Assembly: GCA_964016885.1 (NCBI GenBank)
Contig: CAXHJY010001714.1
Coordinates: forward strand, 1-64,000
Direction of reading: 5' to 3'
Length of the DNA stretch: 64,000 nt
Source of the DNA: Eledone cirrhosa
Taxonomy: Eukaryota
The notes under the pieces were generated by a model that saw nothing but the letters and a program-made list of their open reading frames with translations, had not been told where the DNA came from and ran no database searches. Below, piece after piece: positions 25,501 to 37,300 of the stretch; position 1 is the stretch's first letter; every line of letters starts with the position of its first letter. A program made the translations under genes and the position numbers.

Positions 25501-26100
25501 CCACTGTTGGTATTTGGGAGGTAATGAGCATTAACGACTCATAGAATCTGTCTTTTATAATGCCAGGCAGTCTGGATTGGGGTGCATACGCAAATATTAT
25601 TGTCACAGTAGTTCTATTTAGAACAAGTCTTATTTTAATTATTCTGTCGTTCACTCTATTTACGTCTATTATCTTATCTACTCATTTTTCTGCTAGCATG
25701 ATTCCTACTCCACCCAGCCCATTGTCATTTCCCACCCAGAAAAACTTATAGGATCGTTTTTTACCCACAATGAATCTAGCAGACCCACCCCTCCACCTGG
25801 TCTCTTGAATACAGCAAACATCAACCTCCTTATGTTCAAGCATCTCTACAACCTCGTTAGAGCGACCTTTTAAGGTGCCTACATTCATGGTACGAACTCT
25901 GAAGTTTTGGATTGTGTTTGGTGGGTGGGAAGGGTGAGGGGGATGGGGCTATGTTAGCTATCCGCAGCCGAAATAAAGAGGAGTCCTTGCATTCTCGTCC
26001 GGCAGCATGAGGTGAATTTGTCTTTATCTTTGGCATTGTCACTGAGTGTCCAGATTTTTTCAGACTCTCCAGAATTCCGTAGTCCATCCATCATATCGAA
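22510..26100 (-). mobile_element. Near full-length RTE-clade LINE (APE endonuclease, RT, PHD-type finger, 3' UTR, (GAT)n tail), inactivated by frameshifts and stops
   Basis: APE: NVGTLKG..VDVCCIQETRW, QIDYILTRR, SQH. RT: NYRGIKL, EKAFDRVP, GVHQGSVLSPLLF, YADD. C-terminus LHGSETW/RRLHWYGHV. Split over ORFs 25682..25888, 24496..25326, 24157..24465, 23039..24121. Confidence 0.95.
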
Positions 26101-26396
26101 AGGCAACCAGTTCTAAACTTAAGAAGTGATAATATAGGCCGCTAGATTATGATTGGTCCAAATAATAATGGTGGCGAGTCGGGGCGGGGGGGGGGGGGTT
26201 AGCGAGAAGGTTATAAAATAAAATCCACAAATTTTGGCCATAATCGAATGACCATATAACTGTAATAAGAGAAGAATTATGGAATTTTAAAATACAAGAG
26301 GATTATTTTGAACGATCAGACAGAATTATCGAATAGCATTGAAAAAGAAAAGATTGGATTCTGGACGATATGATACAGATAGATGATATATATATA

Positions 26397-27671
26397 CACA
26401 AGGTGGTGTCAAAAATTCTTAGACTAGTTATGTTTTAAAAGAACTAATATATTTACCTAAGTTTTAACATCATCTCTCTTGAAATAGTCACCTTGCACAG
26501 CGGCCCCAGCATTCCTGCCATTTTTGGAATCCAGCCTGCAAATCATTTTCTGTAAGCAAGTCAAGGACTTTCTGTGATTCTCTCTGGATCTCAAAGGTAT
26601 TAAATCAGTGACCTTTGAGCTGCATTTTCAGCTTGGAGAAGAGATGGAGGTCCACAGGTGCTAAATCTAGCGAATAGGGCAGGTCCAGTAGTGATACAAT
26701 GTGAGGAGAGTTCAGTGACAGGGCGTATTGACATCATAAAGAATTCAATTCTTCACACTTCACGGATCCAGTCGCTTTCACCACACAACCTCAAAAGCCT
26801 TAAAACATTGTAGTAGAACTCTTGATTCATGGTCTGGCCCTGGGGGACAAATTCTTGATGCATAATACTATGGATGTCGAAAAAAATGATGTGCATGTTC
26901 TTGATTGAGCTGTGGCTCTGTTGTGCCTTCTTCGGTCGTGGAGATGAAGGTCTTTTCCACTGTGTCGACGGCTGCTTCATACCCATAGATCCAACTCTTG
27001 TCGACGGAGATGATCCTCGACATGAAGGATGGATCATCAGCAGCACACTGATGGAGATCTTGACAGACTTTGACACAATGTTTTTTCTGCTCAGTGGTTA
27101 GTAGGTGGGGGACAAACTTGGCAGTGACACGCAGCATGTTCAATTCAGATGTTAGGATTGCCTGCATGGACCCATATGACAGACCGACATCAGCAATATC
27201 GTTGATTGTCTTCTGATGATCCTCAGGCACAAGCTGATTAATTCTCTCCACATTTTCAGGGGTGACGCTTGTGGTGGCAGGTCTTCCAGATCACTCATCA
27301 TCTTCTAGGGACATTCTTCTGCTTTTGAAGCACCCGTGCCACTCAAAACATTGTGTATGACCCATTGCCTCTTCGCTGTAAGCTTGCCAAAGCATGCTCA
27401 ATGTCTCTGTAGCAGACTTCCCAAGTTGAATGCAAAATTTCACATTGGCTCTTTGTTCCAACTTTTGTTTATGACAAAATTGCAGGCTACAGCATACATG
27501 TGATCACAAAAACACAAATTTCACAACTTGCAAAGTGAACACAGAGATGTCACTCAGCATACTGGCACATGAAGGTCACTGTTAGCTTTCACTGCACGTG
27601 TAACCATGTGTTGCCATCTGTTGGTATGCTACAGAACTAGTCTGGAAACTTTTTTTTTATACCACCCTGTG
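26397..27671 (-). mobile_element. Mariner transposon, full-length relic
   Basis: Imperfect TIRs cacaaggtggtgtcaaaaatt..agactagtt / aactagtct..accaccctgtg with TA flanks; transposase pieces AKFVPHLLT, IISVDKSWIYGYE, FFDIHSIMHQEFVPQGQT. Confidence 0.9.
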
Positions 27672-30191
27672 TATATCTATATATGTATAATCATTTTATG
27701 TCCACTTTCTATGTTGGCATGTATTGGATAGCTCAATACAGTTAGGTTTAGTTATTCTCCACCTAAATGGGTCAGATGACCATGTCTTGCTTGTGTGTTC
27801 CAATTTTTGGCATAGCTACTAGTACAGTGTATTTTATCAAGGCACCAGCACTAGTGTTTGTCATGTCCTTCATAAGAGTCATCTCAACTCTACATTGTCT
27901 TTGTTTGATTGTCAACCACTTTACTGAATATACTGAATGTGTTTTAAAGTGATACTATCACTAAAGAGGTTGCCACTGTCCCTACATGACTAAAGAGTCC
28001 TCTCCCCCTCTGTACTATGACTGTTCTTTCAAAATAAATTGGCAATATTTCTAGTGCTGGTGTAATGATGAAATGCATCCACTATAGTCGGTAGAGTAGC
28101 TAGGATTAAAAGGGGCATCTAGCTATAGAAACTATGTCAAAATGTAGAATGTATGAGCAAGATGTTGCTCTTTGAATGTGATTACCCATTCAACCCATGG
28201 CAACCTGGAAAATGGACATAAAATTATTATTGTTATTATTAAATTCATATACCAGTGTCTAGGATTTTTATATCAACTTTTGGCGAAAACCATGAATCTT
28301 GTACACACACACACACACACACAAAATACAGTACTGATATATTACCCTTAGAAAAAGGAAGGTCAAAGTGGTTTCTATGAAGTCTAAAAAAACGGTTTGC
28401 TGCAATGAATGTATTATCTTTCTGAGGTGTTGATAAAATAAGTACCAGTCATGTACTGGTTCAATACAAGTGCCTGCCTTGTATGGCCTTTAGAAATAAA
28501 AATGTAAATAGTGAGCAAAATGTATTATAAGAAACAACTAGTGAGTCAAAAGTATTATGAGATACACCTAGTGAGTTGAACCCAGTTTGCACCAAATCAC
28601 GCAAACTGGTTAAACTACCTCCATTAGTTCTATGATACAAAGCTGTTTGTTTTAAAATGTCTATATTTATCTTTAAACCTTACATGATAATTTTATTTAA
28701 GAACATTTGTCAAGTTATATTTCAAACACCAACTCAATAAGGAGGTTAGTTATATTATTGAACCCTTCCAAATTCATGATTATTTTCAAGTGTCTTTCAT
28801 TTGCAATATGGCAACAAAAAGGTTGAAATATGTATTTGAATTCTTTGGTAGGGAAAAACGAAATTAGACAATATTGGTGGAATGAAATTATTTCCCTTAT
28901 GTGCAGCCATATTTTAAGAGTTTTCCTATCTTGATTTAACTACAAACATCACCACCTACTGACTGTATATTGTCATTCAGACAGTTACAGACAGATGTGT
29001 AAACTGTAACTTATGTCAGAATATGTAATATCAAATTAAATGATGGAACTAATTAACTATTAACTGTTAATTTTGGATTTCTAAAACATAAATATTCTTT
29101 TGGTAAAATATGATTCTTAAAGTTACTTGAACTTTCATAGAAAAATATTTTCTCACTAAATGTGGAAGTATTTTATTTCCTTTACAAACATAGGGCCACT
29201 GTGTTTGATCAATGAATCAAGTTTTAAATGTTTTGATAATGATGCAATTAAAATATCTAATATCATTACCAAAATATTGCAGGATAGGTGGAACAGTTGG
29301 AAGAACTACAGAAATTATCTGAACATACTTAAAGTTATTCAACAAAAAAAAAAAATAAATAAATAAGAATATTCAAAATGGCTGTCTTCAAACTATTTTG
29401 GTATTGGGGAGAAAAAATGATATAATATTTTGATACCAACTTGGTCAAAACCAGCTCTGGTTCTATAAAATAAGATCACCTATTTTAATGGGTTTCTATT
29501 TAAATTAAAATCTGCCAACATAATTTTATATAAGAACCATTTCTTACAAATATTATCTTGGTGTTTGGAACATAACTTAAAAAAGGTTCTTACATAAAAT
29601 TATGATAGAAGGTTTTTAGGTAAATATAAATACATTAAAATAAACAGTTTAGTATTATAGAACCAGGGGTGGTTTCAAGCAGTTTTGTATCAAAAGAGTT
29701 AACTGCCATTATATTGATTCTGAAAATGTTTAAAGTTGCTTTAAAATTTATTTTAGTAAAATGTTAAATTGTTAGTAATGGAAAAACCAAGTGAAACAGA
29801 AAAACCCAAGCTATGTAATGTATATTACTTATATAACTTAAGTAATTGGTTAATCCACACTTAGCCATACACTCACACACATGCTTTCTCTCTTACACAC
29901 ACACACACTTTCTCTCTCACACACACAAACACATGTACACACTAACTCTCTCACACATTTTCTCTTTCTCTGCCTCACAAACACACATACAAATCACAAA
30001 ATCTTTAAAATTCTCAACTAAATGCCTTAAGTTATTTAGTTACTTCTTTTCAAGGTTCAAAGATTTACTTTCGAATTCCTAGTACCAGTCAAATACTGGG
30101 TTGATTTAATCAACTTTACCCTCTACTCAAAATTGCTGGCCTTGTGCCCAAATTAAACACTATTATTATAATTATTATTAGTGGTGAATTA

Positions 30192-30795
30192 AAGGCAGTG
30201 GATTGGCAGTATTGGTAGAGCGTCGGACATGCTTTGCAGCATAGAGTTACATCCCTTTACATTCTGAGTTCAAATCCGGCCGAGGTTAGCTTTGCCTTTC
30301 ATCCTTATGGGGTCAATAAAATAAAGCACCAAGGTATATTTAATAGACTTCTGCTCCCCCATAATTGCTGGCCTTATGCCTATAGAAGAAACAAGTATTA
30401 GTGGTGATTGGAACCAAGGGCAGAATCATTAGAGCATCAGACAAAATGCTCTGCAGCATTTAGTTATGGCCCTTTATATTCTGAATTCAAATCCTGCCAA
30501 GGTCAACTTTGTTTTTCATTGTACTAGGGTCAATAAAATAAAAGTTCAGTTCAGTTCAGGGGTCAATTTAAACAACTTAACCCTACCCATACCAACAAAA
30601 GAGCTGGTCATGTGCCTCAGTATCGGTAGAGGGTCGGACGCCATGCTTTTCAGCATAGTTACATCCCTTTACAGCCTGAGTTCAAATCCCGTTGAGGTTA
30701 ACTTTGCCTTACATCCTTATGGGGTCAATAAAATAAAGTACCAGTAATGTACTGGATAATTGCTGGCCTTGTGCCAAAAGTAGAAACAATTATTA
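30192..30795 (+). mobile_element. Cluster of three Meta-like tRNA SINE copies
   Basis: Three successive gagttcaaatc/gaattcaaatc...tttcat...ggggtcaataaaataaa cores. Confidence 0.85.
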
Positions 30796-31204
30796 TTGCA
30801 TTTACACTTATTCATACATGTTTCTGCTCACTCCGTGAAATTTTGCTTTTTTACCAAATGCAGCTGAAGATGACCTAGCTGCCACAGATATGGCAATTTC
30901 AGGATTTTCTGCCTAGAAGAATTTGTGAAACATAGTAAAAGAGCACTGCCAACCCAACAACAATAACAGGTTTCAGAAGCTGCTGTTTTCAGAACAACAC
31001 CAGTTAAACAACTGGCTGGAATTCTCATGATGATGATGATGACGATGATCCCCAACTACATCATTATCATTATCACCATTTTACATCCATTTTTCCTGCT
31101 AGCAGGAGTTGGATAAGTCATCATGTTCTGAAATTAGACAGGGAGATGATAAAATAAAGTACCAGTCAATTTAATAAACTTTCCAATTCAACCAAATTAT
31201 TGGC

Positions 31205-31445
31205 CTTGTCCGGCTGGTCTCGCTTAGGAATCCAGCTCGATCAACTGGAGAAGGTTACTTCTGACAGGACCTGCTGGAAGGAGTCTTTGAGGACTCTGCT
31301 CCAACAACCCTCTCAGGAATAAGTGGGTGAAGAAGAAGAAGAAGAAGAAGAAGAAGAAGAAGAAGAAGAAGAAAAAGAAGAAGAAGAAGAAAAAGAAGGC
31401 AAAGAAGAAGAAGAGAAGAAAAAAAAGAAGAAAAAGAAGAAAAAG
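31205..31445 (+). mobile_element. 3' tip of a Rex3/Expander-like RTE LINE with expanded (GAA)n tail
   Basis: Translates WSRLGIQLDQLEKVTSDRTCWKESLRTLLQQPSQE*, followed directly by (GAA)n from 31329; explains the poly-E and poly-K ORFs. Confidence 0.6.
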
Positions 31446-31514
31446 AGCTCATTGTATAAATTGTATTTATATTTGTATATATTTATATATGGAACGTTCC
31501 TGTTTTGTAATAAT

Positions 31515-31730
31515 TGTTTCTACTTTAGACACAAGACCAGCAATTTGAAAGGGAGGAGGAAGTTGACCAAATCGACCCCCTTGTTTACTGGTACTTTATT
31601 TTATCGATCCCATAAGGATGAAAGGCAAAGCTAACCTCAGAAGGATTTGAATGCAGAATGTAAAGGGTTGTAATTCTGCGCTGCTAAGCATGTTGTCCGA
31701 CGCTCTACCAACTCTGTCAATCCACTGCCC
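31515..31730 (-). mobile_element. tRNA-derived SINE
   Basis: Reverse complement of the Meta-like SINE core. Confidence 0.85.
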
Positions 31731-34099
31731 TTCATGTTTTGTAATAATAGTAAACGTCCGCTTACAAACCTTATAACTCTGAATATGCTTTTTCTTAAAT
31801 CCCACATTGGTATCAAAATGATCTCTGTTCTTTTCAGATTGCTTATTATACCGTACCTCTACTTGGTCAGTTTATCTGTTTCTTCACCACAGGTAGATTG
31901 GCCATATAAGCAATGCTTGATGGGCAAGGTAAAAAAAAAAAAAGAAGATATTTAAAAGCTGAAAAATGTCATGGAAAAACTGAATAGTTGTTGCATAAAG
32001 ATTTAAATAAAAATAGAGAATGCTTCAGCAGAGCAGTGAAAATATGCCTCTGGCTCTTAGTAGTCAGATAGCTAGTTGTCTGGTTTTAAGACCCAATCCA
32101 CTTCTGGTTTTCACTCTGCTTTCTCCAGATGCATATCTCAAGAATTCTCCCAAGGAATTTCAATTAAACATTAACTATCTTTGTTCTTAATGGAAAGAAA
32201 CAGTTGTATAGCTTCAAGTATCTCCAGCTACAAAAACGAAATATGCAAAACAATATTAGGAAAAAAATTAATATTTTCTGAAAGAGTTGCTAATTGTTGG
32301 AATGCTTTGCCAGAAAATGAGGTGTATTCAACCACTATAAATAACTTGAGAAAAAATATAATAAATTGTTTATTAAGGCAGTATCCCAACATACCCACAA
32401 TATAATGACTGAAACCAATAAAAGACCAAAGGTATAATTCTGAAATAAAAACTCATTTTAAAGGTTTCCTATTTAAATTAAAATCTTCCAACATAATTTA
32501 TTATAAGAACCAATAGTGGATTGAGGGTGTGTGCTGACTGGGCTGCAGTCCCGAGACCAAAATATTTAAAAGGCCCCAAATAATTTTTTTTGCTACCACA
32601 AATAATACACACAGGCCCTGATAAAAATGTTCAGCCTGGGACACTATACAAGCTTAATCTGCCCCTGATAAGAGCTCTATGTTAAGTTACTTAACTTAAT
32701 AATTTTAGTACATCCCTCAAAATTCATTAATCAATCGAAATTGAATGTATTTCCTTAGAAATACAGTCCTGAAAGTGTTGACTTATAAACAAGTTAGTGG
32801 GGCAAGCAACCAAACAGCTGTATGTGTTTTAATCTTGCTTATACTGGTGAGAGTGACCTGCCCCCTCAAACTAGAGGAGTTGCTGATAACCCGTGTTCAC
32901 AATCTGCTAACAATTCCCAAATCAAGCCATTTCCTTTTGCTTTTACTTTAAAAAGTATAAATGCCATAACATCCTACTATCTATTGAGCGTTGGGCATAG
33001 AGAGCCTTCATGAGGTCATTTGACCTATATGCTAGAAATAGCAGCCAATTATCCTGCATACCACAATTTCTGACTTAAAAAAAGGAAAGCACGCATTAGA
33101 TTATGTAGTGCTAAATATATAATTCCATAAAAAAAAAAGGATGGGATGGTCTCAGTTGAAAATAAAATGTCTTCAATCATGTCTGTCCAATCAGAGCTGA
33201 CATGTTTAACACTAATATTATTTTTAAATATGTTGAAATAATAAAGTAAATAATTTTACAGAACCCAAGCAATTCGACAAAAATTCGCTATGGGTACTAT
33301 TTTGATACCAACCAGACAAAAACCGGCTCTGGTTCTATGAAACAAAACTACCCATTTTAAAGGGTTCCTGTTTACCATTAGTAAATTCCTCGAAATTCTT
33401 CATTAATTGAAATAAAGTGTATTTTATTAGAAATACAGTCATGAAAGGGTTAAAATCTAAAAACATCTCCCGGTGAAAGTCTTTGTCTGCTAACTGCTTC
33501 GATAATCTTAGTTCTTCAAATTCACTGTGTGAGACTCGCTGCCCGTTGCCAAGGAGGGCTGGTGGTGTTGATTTACGGTGATATGCTTATTCCAAATAAC
33601 CGCTTTAGAATTATTGCGAATTAGATTGCTCACGCAGGATTTTCTGAAGTCACCACCCCCGATACACAAAGCCCCAAAGCCTGACGACGGGGTTGTGTGA
33701 GACCATACCACAATGTTATTGTTAGATATTATAAACACCAATTTGAGATAAAAAGAGAAACGAGCCAAACTGACTGAATCCATTTTACATTCCTATACCG
33801 ACGCCACTGTCAACGACTCTTTCGCTTCGTGTGACGCATTCTGTTCTTGAGCAAAATACTTCATTACATTTGATTACAATACACTAGGTTGAAAATGAGT
33901 TGGGAGTTAACCCTGCAACAGACTGGCGTCATGTCCAGGGGAAAGTCGTGTACTCTCAGTCGCTTAACGCTGAGGAGACATTCGTAATATTGTTGTTAAA
34001 TAATGCTATTAGCTGTTCAGAGGATTAAGCTGTAACTAATTTGTCTCAAATTGATATTTATAATATCTTTACCTTTAAATATTTTAACAGTTATGTTAA

Positions 34100-34238
34100 T
34101 GATATTGATAAATAATGCTATCAGCTGTCCAAACTGTGAACAGATGAGAGAGAATGTTGTTTTGAGAAACAATCGGAAGTCACCGGAGCAAATGCTGTGA
34201 ACAAGTTGATTGGTCAATATTCTTAACTTAGTTACAAC
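34100..34238 (+). promoter_or_regulatory. RRS1 proximal promoter / 5' UTR
   Basis: ETS-type CGGAAGT at 34174-34180 and inverted CCAAT (ATTGG) at 34209-34213 just upstream of ATG context acaacATGG; CpG-enriched. Confidence 0.45.
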
Positions 34239-34390
34239 ATGGCTGACATTGTTGCTGAAGTTTTGCGTGAAGCGGCTGAAAAAGAAGCTAGTTTGAAAAG
34301 TATCGAAGTCCCAAAAGATGTTGAACTTGATATCGATGAAGGAAATTTGCTTGCATCAGATCCCAATCCTCTTGAGTTAAAAAGATTAAG
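34239..34390 (+). CDS. RRS1: RRS1 exon 1 (MADIVAEVLRE...NPLELKRL)
   Basis: ATG to AG|gttagt, phase 2. Confidence 0.95.
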
Positions 34391-37300
34391 GTTAGTTTAT
34401 AATGAATGTTTATCTTAAACATTTACCACGTGGCTTCATCAGTTCTAACATATTCTTAAATCTATTAGATTCTATCTAAATCTATTCTGTCCAAATGATC
34501 TCTTAACGTAACATTTGCTTCAAGTTCTATTTAAGATTTGTTTACTCTATATTGGTTATTTTATACTTGTATTATCTGAATACTCAATAGTCATATATTT
34601 TTTCGTTCCAAATACCTGCTTGTAATTCTCTAAAAACGCACAAAAAAAAAATGAAATTGCTGAACATTACATTTTTCTAATTTATCTCAATCTGTGCATC
34701 GTGTTAAACATTAATTATTTTATATATTGGAATATATTTCTGAAAGATCAGAACCTTAAATATAGTTGTGGGTTAGATATTACGAGACATTATCATTCTT
34801 GGTATGTCAGCTTCGATTATTTTTTCCTGTGTCCAGAAATCAAAGTATCGATTATTTTTTCGTCGTATCTGTTAGTATACGAATGAAATATTAAATACCA
34901 TTTTAACTTTTCGGGCTTTTAATCGCATCTGTAGAGATAAAAATCTGCCTTAGTGTTAAATATGAAGCACGCGGTTCAAAACGTTATGTGAAAAAACAAA
35001 GTTTAAATGCAATTTTTAATCGTTTTTACCTTTACATTAATATAATTCAGGAATTTTATGATAATATAAAAGGCATTTCAAATGATTTATTTATTATAAA
35101 AAAAAAGAATAACAAGTTAGTTGTCATCATCATTTTCTATCCGTTTTTCCATGCTGTCGTGGGTTGAACGGATCAAATGAGTACTCAAAATTGATTAAGT
35201 TTTGCGTGGTTTCTACAGGTGGGTGCCGTTCCTAGATCCTACCACTTTACAGAGCGTACTGGATGCATTTTATCGCAACAGTAGCACTAAGATGGTTGTC
35301 ATCCACGACACGACTGAGGCCCTCTCAACCACAGTTTTTTTTTCTTGCAATGTTTCTCCGACTGAATGCATTTTATCGCAATACTAAAGTTAGGGAGGTT
35401 GTCATATCCTTGACACGACTGAAATTTTTTCAAAACCAATTTTTGACATTATTTCTACGACTAGATGCCCTTCCTAACACAAACTTGACAATAATTATCA
35501 CACCAAAGAAACGTTTTCATATATAATGGTTACAATGTCTATGGGGTGCCAATCATATTAGCTTCCAAAAGCATTCATTACTTTCTACATGAATTATTCA
35601 TTGCTGTGCAAAATATTACTGATGTATGATGTGAAAATAGCTCACCAACAATTTCTTTAACCCTTTTGATACCAAACTGCCTGGTTCTATGATACAAAAT
35701 TGTTTTAAAGAGTTTGTATTCATCCAAAAACCTTTCATAATTTTTAAGTTTTGTTCTAAACACAGATAAATGATGTAAAGTTATATTACTAAATTACTCT
35801 AATTTTTGGATTATTTTCAAAATGATTCGGAAATTATAGACTATCTTTCATTAGAAATTTAATAACGAAAAGGTTAATTACATGTGTTCCCCAACCTGGA
35901 GCCACATATAAATGGATCAACGATTCACCTGATTCATCTCACTTGCATGCTCTGCTCATATATACACACACGCGAGAACCTCAACATGAATATACGCAGT
36001 AAATTGGCTAAGGTATTTTGTCAATGATACCACTTAAATATATTTTTACTGTTAGTTAGCTCTTGAAGATTTGTTAGAAGTAGATGTATGTATATATTTT
36101 TCCTTTGTGTGTATGTATATGTGCGTGTGCATGTATATATATTATGATGATTATGTTTTCATTTCAGGCAAAATACAGAGGATTATCTTTTGAACTTGGC
36201 CAGAGACAATACACAATTACTGATCAACAAAATATGGCAGGTATAAAGGTCAAATTTTGAGCCTTCTATTTCCTCCCCTTACATGTTTATTTTATTGTTC
36301 AAAGCCATCACCTATATACCCTCGGTATATTATTTGTTCTCCAGATAATTGTGATATGACTACATTGTGGTGAAATGACAATTGTTAAAACATCAGCTAA
36401 AATGCTTTGTAGTATTTGTTCTGAGTTAATTTCACCAAAGTCAACTGTGCCTTTTTTCATTGCGGGACTAATGAAACAAAGTACCAGTCAAGTACTGGGT
36501 CAATTGACTTCTTCCTCCCCAATTTGCTGGCCTTTTACCTAAATCAGAAACCATTATTATGTGATATCTTTCTTGGTGCTGGTGGCCCAATTAAATAAAT
36601 GTTCTTGGTCTATGATGTAAGTTGGCTGGTGATGTACAGGATATTTTGTTGTAAAAACCATGCCAAATAAGGAAAGAATGAATGGAATTGTGGACTGTGC
36701 AAACTTCATCGCAATAATGTGACCTATCTAGGAAAATAGTGACTCTGGTTAAAAACACTGATATTCTCTATAGCGACACTGGTGCAATAAAATCCACACT
36801 GTAAAGTGGGTGACAGGAATGGCAACCATTTGTAAAATGATGACATACACAACAAAAATAGGATTTCTATGTTGTGTACCCGATGATGAAAGACTGATGA
36901 CATACTCTTCCAACTCAGTCCAGCTTTGAAAAACTGATGATGTATCAATCCAAATTTTGAGCAACCTTTCCATCCTATCTATAATCGGCTCACGATGTTT
37001 GGTGAACAATTTACTCTGTAGACTCGTAGAATTCTCCCCAGCTTTTTTGACAGCCTCACTATTTTTTAAAACAGTTCAGACTGTAGACTGGGCTAGGCCT
37101 AAGTTACGATTTATAGTGGATGTACCTTGCCCCTGTTCCTTCCTTTTCAAAATGTCCAGCTTTATCTCCAAAGACAGGCTCTTCCTCATGCGTTTGGCCT
37201 TTCCATCTGCATCAGCAATATTCACAGGACGTTTTGGGGCCATGAGATATGGGGTTATAAGATATGCCGTGATAATTATGCTCCAAAAACACGCCGTCAG

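Noticed and set aside
31255-31634. Poly-E/K/L ORFs
   Set aside because: Translations of the (GAA)n LINE tail and an adjacent SINE
33541-33570. SRP (7SL) RNA, from gttgccaaggaggg
   Set aside because: The helix-8 GGAAAC/GAGCAG motif and Alu domain are absent; short chance match
33681-33720. Hammerhead from CTGACGA
   Set aside because: No correctly placed GAAA and stem II follow
33508-33783. 91-aa ORF as a divergent protein-coding gene
   Set aside because: No recognisable domain or splice partner; overlaps a fold-back segment; kept only as a non-coding finding
33905-33985. Telomerase-RNA template-like taaccct
   Set aside because: Lies within a SINE fragment homologous to 3860-3940
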